In this document: in pieces, positions 1 through 8,459 of the stretch
Layout of the letters: each line of letters opens with the position of its first letter
Position numbering within the stretch: the stretch's first letter is position 1
NCBI RefSeq assembly: GCF_000812185.1
Contig: NZ_CP007026.1
Span: 779,107 to 811,106 of the forward strand
DNA: 32,000 bases
Origin: Candidatus Nitrosopelagicus brevis
GTDB taxonomy: Archaea > Thermoproteota > Nitrososphaeria > Nitrososphaerales > Nitrosopumilaceae
Reading direction: 5' to 3'
Position numbers and translations under genes: made by a program
The notes under the pieces: generated by a model
Databases searched by the model: none
What the model saw: only the letters and a program-made list of their open reading frames with translations
What the model was told of the DNA's origin: nothing

Positions 1-1547
1 AGTATGCAGAGAGTAGTAATTTTAAAGGTTCAACTGTTTCAAAGGAATCTTACAACAACGATAAATTTTCTTTTGTTGATACACCTGGAATTGTTTTTGA
101 TTCCGACAGCGAAACAACAAAGATTGCAATTTCATCTATACATGGAAACGATTCCATATTGCTTGTTGTTAGTGCTGCAAACATAGATGACGATATTGAA
201 TATTTTCTCCCATTGATAAAAAACAAGAAAGGAATGATAATAGTAACAAATTGGGACAGATTTAATTCAAAAAATGAAGACATGCTTGAAAAATTACAAC
301 AGGATCTTAAGATTCCCATTACAGCCTTAGATGCACGAAGAATTACCGAATCTCAAAAAAGTGGAATTTTTGAGACATTGAATAATCCACGTGTATTCTC
401 GAACAAAACAGTTCATACGGGAATCTCAATCAAGCCAAAATCAACAATTCTTGAGAAAAAACATGCAGGAGTCTTAATTGGGCTAGTGTTATTACTTGCT
501 CCGGCCATATTATCGGTCATTGGAGCCAATTATTTTGGAGAATTAATTCATCCAATAATATCAGAACTTTTGAAAGGACCAATAGATAGTCTTAGCACGC
601 TACCATCGCCATTAATGGATATTGTTGTTGGAGATTACGGATTCTTATCCATGGGCCCATTTCTTTTTGTTTGGGCAACTCCTGTAGTTGTGATATACGC
701 ATTAGTGCTTGGCATTTACAAATCAACTGGATTATTGGATAGAACATCTTTAGCGATTCATCCACTAGTAAAGAAAATCGGAGTAAGCGGAAGAGATGTA
801 ACTCGAATAGTAATGGGATTTGGATGTAACGTTCCTGCTGTCATTAGCAGTAGATCCTGTTCAAGTTGTACAAGAGGAACAACCGTTTCTGCAATAAGTT
901 TTGGTTCTGCATGTTCATACCAATTTAGTGCATCAATTGCTGTTTTTTCAGCATCTGGCATGCCTTGGCTGGTAATTCCATTTTTGTTTTTTTTGACAGC
1001 AACAACTATTCTTTACACCAGAATAGTCAGTAGAAAGAAAAATCGCATCAAGTTAAACATGCCAGTAATCGAGGGACAAGTATTCTTTGAAAAGCCTAGA
1101 GCCAGTGCAATTTGGAGAGAATCAAAGTCAAACATTAGTCAGTTCTTTAAGATGGCATTGCCAATCTTTTTGGGAATTACATTTGTTGCATCCATCATAA
1201 GCTGGACAGGCATTATTGATTATTTTGCAGTCGAGATTGGGTTCCTAATGAAATTTTTCAATCTCCCGGAGGATGCATCACTTGCAATAATATTTGGATC
1301 TATTAGAAAAGACGGATTATTACTTCTTGCTGAACCTAACTTAGTAGGCTCTCTTTCAGCAATACAAATTTTAACAGGAGTTTATCTAGCAGGAACATTA
1401 CTTCCATGCATTGTGACATTCTTAACCGTTATTCGTGAAATGTCATGGATGTTTGCAATTAAAATGGTAGGAAAACAAATCATTGCTGTTGTTGCATTTA
1501 CATTACTGCTTGCACATTCAGATAAATTATTCAATGTGTTTCTTTAG
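1..1547 (+). CDS. feoB: FeoB-like ferrous iron transport protein, 5'-truncated at window edge
   Basis: Frame 3 is open from base 3 through to 1547, upstream of the track's Met at 159. It contains the G3-like motif FVDTPGI and the gate-type motif GFGCNVPAVISSRSC, followed by several hydrophobic segments typical of FeoB. Confidence 0.87.
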   Translation, partial: YAESSNFKGSTVSKESYNNDKFSFVDTPGIVFDSDSETTKIAISSIHGNDSILLVVSAANIDDDIEYFLPLIKNKKGMIIVTNWDRFNSKNEDMLEKLQQDLKIPITALDARRITESQKSGIFETLNNPRVFSNKTVHTGISIKPKSTILEKKHAGVLIGLVLLLAPAILSVIGANYFGELIHPIISELLKGPIDSLSTLPSPLMDIVVGDYGFLSMGPFLFVWATPVVVIYALVLGIYKSTGLLDRTSLAIHPLVKKIGVSGRDVTRIVMGFGCNVPAVISSRSCSSCTRGTTVSAISFGSACSYQFSASIAVFSASGMPWLVIPFLFFLTATTILYTRIVSRKKNRIKLNMPVIEGQVFFEKPRASAIWRESKSNISQFFKMALPIFLGITFVASIISWTGIIDYFAVEIGFLMKFFNLPEDASLAIIFGSIRKDGLLLLAEPNLVGSLSAIQILTGVYLAGTLLPCIVTFLTVIREMSWMFAIKMVGKQIIAVVAFTLLLAHSDKLFNVFL

Positions 1548-1605
1548 ATTTCATTAAAAATACAAATTCACTATATCAAATAAAAAAAATAAAGATTTTG
1601 TGTTA

Positions 1606-1848
1606 TCAGAATGAAATGTTTTTGAGTTGTGTATCAGACATGGTAGCATACTCGTCAATCTTTAGTTTGATATCATCAGATGTGGTATCATCCATTCCAG
1701 AAAGACCAGCCTTAAATGAAATCTTATTTCCAGATACGTTTACGTCAGATATTTCCATATCTGCATAGACATTGGCAATTTCATTTACCCATTCTTCTGC
1801 GTTGTTAACATTTTCAGTTTCAAGATTTACTTGAATCATTGTCGTCAT
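1606..1848 (-). CDS. Small conserved-type hypothetical protein (80 aa)
   Basis: ORF MTTMIQVNLETENV...; reading the sequence, the ATG is the reverse complement of 'cat' at 1846-1848 and the stop is 'tca' at 1606-1608, so it is on the minus strand. Acidic and soluble; no family recognised. Confidence 0.6.
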   Translation of the reverse strand: MTTMIQVNLETENVNNAEEWVNEIANVYADMEISDVNVSGNKISFKAGLSGMDDTTSDDIKLKIDEYATMSDTQLKNISF

Positions 1849-1940
1849 GTTCTATGATCGTAGAATATTATTAATAAATGTGTAAAAAGTTAATAACTTT
1901 TTCTTAAAATTTTTATCTTTCTTATTAAGAATCAGCAAAT

Positions 1941-2117
1941 ATGACAAAAAGTATCAGCTGTCACGATGCAGGAAAAGATTGTGGATGGTCTGCTAGCGCA
2001 CCAACAGAAGATGAATTGATGGTAAAAATTGAAGAACATGTAAAAGCAGAACACAAAGAAATCGAGCTTACACCTGAAAATGTGGCAAACATCAAGACGC
2101 TCATAAAAGAAATCTAA
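1941..2117 (+). CDS. DUF1059-like small protein (58 aa)
   Basis: Hand translation MTKSISCHDAGKDCGWSASAPTEDELMVKIEEHVKAEHKEIELTPENVANIKTLIKEI*. The pattern SCxDxGxDCxWxxxAxxExEL...H is typical of DUF1059. Below the track's length cut-off. Confidence 0.78.
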   Translation: MTKSISCHDAGKDCGWSASAPTEDELMVKIEEHVKAEHKEIELTPENVANIKTLIKEI

Positions 2118-2132
2118 TCACAAGTTTTAAAA

Positions 2133-3647
2133 TTATTTTATTATTTGTGAGAAATTTTCTATTGCTGAAATGAATTTTTTCCTTTCTGTAGGATTTTTTG
2201 CAAATTCAATCATTTCACACATTCCAAGAGAATCCAATATAGAGTCAAATTCAGGAATGTTTTCTTTTCTTAGCAATTGTAATGCATCCATGTTTGTAAG
2301 TTCTGCTCCTGTAGAAAAGCGATTTGAATAATAGAATCTTATTGCTTGTGATAGTTTTTCGTGTGCATCTTTGAAGAGATCTTCATCATACAAATGCTGT
2401 GCTTCACGTAACATTTCATGTGTCAAATCAACATAGCTTATAGTGTAACTATCATTTTTCACTATAATTGGAGTTTGTACAATTCTCTCCTTTGTTGTAA
2501 ATCTTTTAGATATCAGTATTGCAGCAGCAATGATTCCAATTACTAAAGGAATTACCCATAACAGAGTAGTTTCCATTTCTCCAGATGGACGCTCTAGAGA
2601 TACATTAGTTATTTGGCCATTTTGAAAGTTAGCAGATATTGTTGCAGACATCTCTTCGTTTTCATATGGAACAGATAACGATGTTTCATCATCAGATACG
2701 TCTAGAGAAGATGGTTGTTGTATCAGACCTTCATTAGATAATTGTTCATCGAAGTTTTGAAATTCAGGATTTTGCTGTAATTGTTGCATTAACTGTTCTT
2801 GAAGCTGCATTTGCTGTGCAATTTCATCTCTAAACTGTTCAGTGTTTTGCTCTACCAAATATGGACGCTCAGCAGGATTTAGAGGAGCATTTTGTAATTC
2901 AGCTGCCATTTGGTATTCTCGAAGTAATTCATCGGCTTGTTGTAAGAGTTCTTGCTCTTGTGGCGTCAAATTTGTGCCTGATTGCTGGCCTCCTTGTTGT
3001 CCATTTTGTTGAGCACCTTGCTGGCTTCCTTGTTGTCCGCCTTGCTGGCTTCCTTGTTGTCCGCCTTGCTGGCCACCAGATTGTTGAGAAGATGAGCCAG
3101 ATTGACTCTGCATTCCAAGTGAATCATCAAATGCATGCTCATATCTAGGATTCATAGTAACGTAAACATCATCACATGAGAAATCAACTGATTGTGTGAA
3201 ACCGGCATTTACACCATCATCAAGTAAGAGATTATATTTTTTCAGATAGATTTCTAATTCTTCAGAGGTATCAGGGTGTTGAAATTCTGCCAATGCAGGA
3301 AGCATCACATATCGTCCTAACTCTGAAAGAGGAACAGGTTGGTATGGGATGACAAGAATGTGGTTTGTAAATAATTTTTGTGGCTCACATACTTGATCAA
3401 TTTTTTGAAAATCTGCACTTTGGAAACTGGATACTGTGATATCCATAGGAATTCCATAATCATTTGCCAGGATATGCTGCATGAAAACTGTATTTCCGTT
3501 TTCATCCATCTCTTGAATAATAAAACCAGAATTGATGGATAGTATCTGTGATGGTTGAGGAGCACCAAACCCTCCACCTCCAAATGCAGAGATTCCAAAT
3601 AATGGAATTATACCCAAAAATAATAGAATGAAAAAAGTTGTTTTCAG
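2133..3647 (-). CDS. Membrane protein with N-terminal signal/TM, Q/G/S-rich low-complexity linker, second TM and cytosolic C-terminal helical domain; last gene of the MoxR-DUF58-VWA cluster
   Basis: ORF of 494 aa from a TTG at 3617. In-frame extension to a CTG at 3647 adds LKTTFFILLF, completing a more signal-like N-terminus. Linker is SGSSSQQSGGQQGGQQGSQQGGQQGSQQ; TM is TTLLWVIPLVIGIIAAAILIS. Confidence 0.75.
   Translation of the reverse strand: MKTTFFILLFLGIIPLFGISAFGGGGFGAPQPSQILSINSGFIIQEMDENGNTVFMQHILANDYGIPMDITVSSFQSADFQKIDQVCEPQKLFTNHILVIPYQPVPLSELGRYVMLPALAEFQHPDTSEELEIYLKKYNLLLDDGVNAGFTQSVDFSCDDVYVTMNPRYEHAFDDSLGMQSQSGSSSQQSGGQQGGQQGSQQGGQQGSQQGAQQNGQQGGQQSGTNLTPQEQELLQQADELLREYQMAAELQNAPLNPAERPYLVEQNTEQFRDEIAQQMQLQEQLMQQLQQNPEFQNFDEQLSNEGLIQQPSSLDVSDDETSLSVPYENEEMSATISANFQNGQITNVSLERPSGEMETTLLWVIPLVIGIIAAAILISKRFTTKERIVQTPIIVKNDSYTISYVDLTHEMLREAQHLYDEDLFKDAHEKLSQAIRFYYSNRFSTGAELTNMDALQLLRKENIPEFDSILDSLGMCEMIEFAKNPTERKKFISAIENFSQIIK
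3020..3067. repeat. Two perfect 24-bp tandem copies (gctggcttccttgttgtccgcctt) inside the Q/G-rich linker
   Basis: 3020-3043 and 3044-3067 are identical, flanked by degenerate copies. Confidence 0.85.
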
Positions 3648-4598
3648 TTAAATCACTATTCTATATTTGCCGTATACAATGTAAATATTAGCAGCTAATA
3701 CGACTACGGCTGCAATGAAGAACCAGTCTTTGATACTTACTTGTTCAAGTTCTCTGTCAATATCGTCAGTAATTTCTTCAAAAATTTCATTTAAACTATT
3801 GTTATCAACGGATTTGTAGTATTTTCCATTTGCCGCAGTTGCTATAGCGATTAATTCCTTTTCGTTTAATTCTGCATACAAAGGATTTCCATAAATGTTA
3901 GTTCCTAAAAGGACGGGTTCTTCAGAGCCCATACCAATTGTATGGATTTGAATTTTTTTCTGAATTGCATACTGAACCGCCTCATTTGGTGTTACAACAC
4001 CTGCGTTATGATCACCATCGCTTAACAGAATTACAACCTTTTTCTTGTTAGGAATGGAATTTGCCATATCCACGCCCAATACAAGACCATCTCCAATTGC
4101 AGTTGCGCCATCTCTTTGTTTTATTGCATTCAAATCACCAATTGTTTTGTCTTTGAATGGAGTGAGATATGAGACTGTTGTGGCACCAGATTCAAACAAG
4201 ATAATGCCAGTATGATCATTTGGCTCAAGATTTTCTATCAATATCTCAGCAGCATCTTTTGCAGATTCCAGTCTTGTTGGAGGATAATCAGTTGCAGCCA
4301 TACTTCCAGAGCCATCAAGAACTAGGACCACATTGACACCTTCTTTGATGTTTTCAAGAGGGATTCGGGGGTCTGCAAGCCCAATTATTATCAAACCTAC
4401 AGCTATCAGTATCAAAATGAATGGAAGATGTTTTCTAAATTGAGATTGTGATGAAGCTGATTTTTTTACAAGTTCTAAGTTGCTAAACTTTAGTGAGTTT
4501 GATTTCTTTGTTTTTGTATAAAATCGATACAGGAAATAAAATCCAGGCAAGATAAAAAGTGCAAGTAAAACATACCAATATCCAAATTCGTATTCCAT
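3648..4598 (-). CDS. VWA-domain membrane protein (BatA-like)
   Basis: VVLVLDGSGSMAATDYPPTRLESAK (MIDAS DxSxS motif), TM segments at the N- and C-termini, and position after MoxR and DUF58 genes. Confidence 0.88.
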   Translation of the reverse strand: MEYEFGYWYVLLALFILPGFYFLYRFYTKTKKSNSLKFSNLELVKKSASSQSQFRKHLPFILILIAVGLIIIGLADPRIPLENIKEGVNVVLVLDGSGSMAATDYPPTRLESAKDAAEILIENLEPNDHTGIILFESGATTVSYLTPFKDKTIGDLNAIKQRDGATAIGDGLVLGVDMANSIPNKKKVVILLSDGDHNAGVVTPNEAVQYAIQKKIQIHTIGMGSEEPVLLGTNIYGNPLYAELNEKELIAIATAANGKYYKSVDNNSLNEIFEEITDDIDRELEQVSIKDWFFIAAVVVLAANIYIVYGKYRIVI

Positions 4599-4601
4599 TA
4601 T

Positions 4602-5474
4602 TTAGCGCCTCATACGTTGGTTGAAAAACTGTCTTAATGCAGTGTCAAAAGGAATTTGTTCTGAAACATTTACCATCTCTACCTTTAATTTTTTAATATC
4701 ATTTTTGATTTTTTCATGGCTTTCAAGAGAGTTTTTTGTAAATGCATTTCTAAATGACTCATCAGAAGTGTTAACCATCAATTGTTCTCCAGATTCAATA
4801 TCTTCTAACATCGTATATCCAATATCAGGAAGCTCGGATTCACGTATGTCAGATAGATTTACTAAAATAACATCATGACGATTTTTAAGAAATTTTAACG
4901 GTCGCAAAAAGTTTGGAGATATGTAATCAGATATTATGAACACTACACTATGTTGACCTAAAATGTGATGTAATTGTAAAAGTGAAGATTCGATATCAGT
5001 TTGTGCACTTTTTGGTTTGTATGCAAGCAAAGTTCTTAGCAATGATAAGCTGTGTTTTCTTCCTTTTCTAGCAGGAACAAAGTGTTCAAGTTTGTTAGTA
5101 AATATTCCCAGTCCAACATTATCATTGTTTTTCATTGCAGAAAAAATAATTGATGCTGCAACCTCATGACCTATGGATTTTTTACTTTTCATGAATCCAA
5201 ATTCATTACTTGCAGAATAATCAAACATCACGTATACACGCAAATCACGCTCTTCAACGAACTCTTTTACATGTAATTTGTTAGTACGTGCAGTAACATT
5301 CCAGTCAATATGGCGAATATCATCGCCTAAAACGTACTCTCTTACCTCAGAGAATTCAATTCCTCGTCCACGTATTTTTGATTTGTAGCTACCTGCCATC
5401 ATACCATCCACCAAACCCTTAGTTTTGATTTCTAATTCCCGAATGCGTTTTAGAAGATCTTTAATTTCAGACAA
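4602..5474 (-). CDS. DUF58 domain protein
   Basis: GRGIEFSEVREYVLGDDIRHIDWNVTARTNKLHVKEFVEERDLRVYVMFDYSAS is the typical DUF58 core. TTG start, 7 nt downstream of the moxR stop. Confidence 0.92.
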   Translation of the reverse strand: MSEIKDLLKRIRELEIKTKGLVDGMMAGSYKSKIRGRGIEFSEVREYVLGDDIRHIDWNVTARTNKLHVKEFVEERDLRVYVMFDYSASNEFGFMKSKKSIGHEVAASIIFSAMKNNDNVGLGIFTNKLEHFVPARKGRKHSLSLLRTLLAYKPKSAQTDIESSLLQLHHILGQHSVVFIISDYISPNFLRPLKFLKNRHDVILVNLSDIRESELPDIGYTMLEDIESGEQLMVNTSDESFRNAFTKNSLESHEKIKNDIKKLKVEMVNVSEQIPFDTALRQFFNQRMRR

Positions 5475-5481
5475 TTGATTT

Positions 5482-6510
5482 CTACGGAGCTCGGACTTTT
5501 TCTAATATTTTATCAATTATAGCATCAGAGGTATTACCTTCGGCTTCGGCTTCAAATGTCAGTATTATTCTATGTCGTAAAACATCATGTGCGATGGATT
5601 TAATGTCATCAGGAATAACAAAACCCCGTCCTGCAAGTAATGCATGTGCTTTTGCTGCAAGAATTAACCAAATAGATGCACGAGGGGAGGCGCCAAATTC
5701 TATCATATCTTCTAGCTCAAGGTCATAATTTTTTGGATTTCTAGTTGCATCAACTATTGCAGATACATATTCCTCAATTTTTTCATCAGCATAAATTTTT
5801 TGAACAAATTTTTGTATTTCAAGAACCACATCTTTTGATACTATGTTTTTAGCAGTAGGTTTGTTTTCCTGAGTATTTCTTTGTATGATTAATTTTTCAT
5901 GGTCTTTTGATGGATAGTTAATTATCAGTTTTAATGCAAATCTATCAATTTGAGCTTCTGGTAATCTGTATGTACCTTCACTTTCAATTGGGTTTTGTGT
6001 TGCAAGAACTAGAAATGGTTTTTCAATTTCAAATGTATCACCGTGAATACTTACTTGTCTTTCTTGCATTGCTTCAAGTAATGCAGATTGGACTTTAGGT
6101 GGTGCACGGTTAATTTCATCAGCTAGTATGAGATTACTAAATACAGGTCCTTTTTCTGTAACAAATTTTTCATTTTTGTTATCATAAATTTTTGTTCCGG
6201 TAATATCAGCAGGAAGTAAATCGGGAGTAAACTGTATTCTGCAAAAGTTTGCACCAAGAGTTTTTGATAACGTGTCAACCATTTTGGTTTTAGCCAAGCC
6301 AGGAACACCTTCTAAGAGAACGTGTCCATCTGCCATCATTGCAATTACTAATTTTTTAATTACTTCTTCTTGACCGACAATAACTTTCTGAACTTCATCT
6401 ACAATTGTCATTATTTGTTTAGCGTATACTTTTGATTGTTCAGTTAGTGTTTGAATTTCAGGATTTGCAGAGTGATATGATGATTCTACAGTCATAAGTT
6501 TCACTCTCAT
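5482..6510 (-). CDS. MoxR-family AAA+ ATPase
   Basis: HVLLEGVPGLAKTK (Walker A), SNLILADEINRAPPKVQSALLEAMQERQV (Walker B), FLVLATQNPIESEGTYRLPEAQIDRF. The true start may be the internal ATG for MTVESS. Confidence 0.95.
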   Translation of the reverse strand: MRVKLMTVESSYHSANPEIQTLTEQSKVYAKQIMTIVDEVQKVIVGQEEVIKKLVIAMMADGHVLLEGVPGLAKTKMVDTLSKTLGANFCRIQFTPDLLPADITGTKIYDNKNEKFVTEKGPVFSNLILADEINRAPPKVQSALLEAMQERQVSIHGDTFEIEKPFLVLATQNPIESEGTYRLPEAQIDRFALKLIINYPSKDHEKLIIQRNTQENKPTAKNIVSKDVVLEIQKFVQKIYADEKIEEYVSAIVDATRNPKNYDLELEDMIEFGASPRASIWLILAAKAHALLAGRGFVIPDDIKSIAHDVLRHRIILTFEAEAEGNTSDAIIDKILEKVRAP

Positions 6511-6629
6511 TCTGAGTTTTGAATATAATAATGATCACAATGGATCTATCGTTGTACTATTTTGGAAATTCAATTTTATGAAAGAAAACAATATCAATAT
6601 TATTTAATCATAAATTCTGATAATAGTAT

Positions 6630-7118
6630 ATGATGTTGAAATTAACAATCAAGGATATTTTGAGACAAAGAAAGTTTGGCATGATTGGAGTTATTTCAGG
6701 AGTAAGTCTTGGAACATTGTATTATTTCTTAACATTAGAAATGGGATTAGAACACATGGCAACAGAAATTGAATTATTGCCTATGTACATGGCAGCATCT
6801 ATAACATTGACAGCAGTTGTTGCAATTTTAGCAGGAATTAACATTGCATTAGTAGCGTACAACATCAAAACACAAAGAGACAAAAACGTAAAGAGTGGCG
6901 CAGGTGCGATATTTGGTGGAGCACTAACAGCATTTACACCAGGATGTCCTGCATGTACAACATCACTGACTGCAGTATTAGGAATAGTTGGAGGATTAGC
7001 TATATTCCCATTGCAAGGATTGGAATTAAAATTCATATCAATAGGAGCATTGACATTTTCAATCTGGTGGGCAATGCGTAACATCAACAAAGCTTCATGT
7101 TGCGTAATGAAAGAATAA
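6630..7118 (+). CDS. Small polytopic membrane protein with a GCPAC motif and a CC near the C-terminus (162 aa)
   Basis: Hydrophobic segments, GGALTAFTPGCPACTTSLTAVLGIVGG, and tail NINKASCCVMKE. TATA-like AT tract (tatttaatcataaatt) about 25 nt upstream of the ATG. Confidence 0.75.
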   Translation: MMLKLTIKDILRQRKFGMIGVISGVSLGTLYYFLTLEMGLEHMATEIELLPMYMAASITLTAVVAILAGINIALVAYNIKTQRDKNVKSGAGAIFGGALTAFTPGCPACTTSLTAVLGIVGGLAIFPLQGLELKFISIGALTFSIWWAMRNINKASCCVMKE

Positions 7119-7157
7119 TCATAAAACCAAATATATTCAAAAAATTTTAACAATTAC

Positions 7158-8459
7158 ATGACACTTGAAGAGCCATCTCCAAATTTCCTTCTAGATTCAT
7201 TCAATGAAACGAGAAATACCACATTGCAGTTGGTAAAAAATTTAGAAAGAGACGATTTTGGAGTACAAACCGCAGTTTTCATGAGCCCTCCAAAATGGCA
7301 TATTGGACATGTAAGTTGGTTAAACGAAATAGTTCTAAGTAAAACACAAGACAATTATCAGTTTTTTTCAGATGAGCTTTCTGAATATCTAAATTCGTAC
7401 TATAATCAATTTGGAAAGCCACATGATAAATCAAAACGTGGAGTAATGTCACGGCCAACTGTAGATGAAATCTTAGAATATTTCGATGTGATAACAAATA
7501 GAGTTAGAGAAGTAATTAGCAGACCATTAGAAAAAGAAACTGCATATCTTTTCACAATGGCAATACATCATGAATGTCAGCATCAGGAGCTTTTAGTTTA
7601 TGATTTACAACATTTGTTAGGAGACCAATACAAACCGACAAAAGTTAATCAATCTCCAGTTTCATCAAACAAAGAAAAGAAAAGTATCAAGATAAACGGA
7701 GGATTATACAATTTGGGATATTCTGGAAAAGATTATTGTTATGACATAGAACTTCCAGAACACAAAACATACCTGAATGATTACCAAATTGACAATCTGT
7801 TGACAAGTAATGCAGAATACTTGGAATTTATTCAAGACGGAGGATATGATGATTATTCATTTTGGCTTTCTGACGGCTGGGATATAGTAAAGAAAAACGA
7901 ATGGAAGGCTCCTATGTATTGGGAAAAAGAAGGAGATGATTGGATTACAAGAGATTTTGCAGGAAAACGGAAAATTAATCCTGATGAGCCGGTTTGCCAT
8001 GTAAGCTACTACGAGGCTGCAGCATACTGCAAATGGGCAAACAAAAGATTACCAACAGAGGCAGAATGGGAAAAGGCTGCACTTTGGAATGATGAAAAGG
8101 AAGTTAAGACAATTTTTCCATGGGGAAATGAAAAACCTACAGAATTACATGCAAACCTGTTAGAGTCAAGCATTTGGAATTGCAGTGATGTGGGAGCATA
8201 TGAAGATGGAAAAAGTAGTTACGGATGTTATCAAATGATAGGAGATGTTTGGGAATGGACATCATCAGAATTTATGGGATACCCAGGTTTCAAAAGTGGA
8301 TTTGACGAATATAATGACAAGTGGTTTACAAATCAGAAAGTTTTACGCGGAGGATCTTTTGGAACTCCATCAAGATCAATTAGAGGATCCTACAGAAACT
8401 TTTTCAGACTGGATGAGAGATGGTTGATTTCAGGCTTTAGATGTGTAAAAGACATCTAG
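7158..8459 (+). CDS. egtB: EgtB-like sulfoxide synthase (DinB-type domain + FGE-sulfatase domain)
   Basis: N-terminal PPKWHIGHVSWLNE; iron-binding HX3HXE in AIHHECQHQELLVYDLQHLLG; FGE domain (RLPTEAEWEKAALW...GDVWEWTSSEF...LRGGSFGTPSRSIRGSYRNFFRLDERWLISGFRCVK). Confidence 0.88.
   Translation: MTLEEPSPNFLLDSFNETRNTTLQLVKNLERDDFGVQTAVFMSPPKWHIGHVSWLNEIVLSKTQDNYQFFSDELSEYLNSYYNQFGKPHDKSKRGVMSRPTVDEILEYFDVITNRVREVISRPLEKETAYLFTMAIHHECQHQELLVYDLQHLLGDQYKPTKVNQSPVSSNKEKKSIKINGGLYNLGYSGKDYCYDIELPEHKTYLNDYQIDNLLTSNAEYLEFIQDGGYDDYSFWLSDGWDIVKKNEWKAPMYWEKEGDDWITRDFAGKRKINPDEPVCHVSYYEAAAYCKWANKRLPTEAEWEKAALWNDEKEVKTIFPWGNEKPTELHANLLESSIWNCSDVGAYEDGKSSYGCYQMIGDVWEWTSSEFMGYPGFKSGFDEYNDKWFTNQKVLRGGSFGTPSRSIRGSYRNFFRLDERWLISGFRCVKDI

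Noticed and set aside
159-1547. Start codon at 159 for the FeoB-like gene
   Set aside because: The frame is open upstream to base 3 and encodes the G3 region FVDTPGI, so the gene continues beyond the window edge.
1548-2132. Possible mobile or integrated element because of a cluster of tiny genes
   Set aside because: No terminal repeats, integrase or transposase; one of the small ORFs matches DUF1059, a common chromosomal family.
2861-3148. Plus-strand ORF of 95 aa
   Set aside because: Antisense shadow of the Q/G-rich linker repeats.
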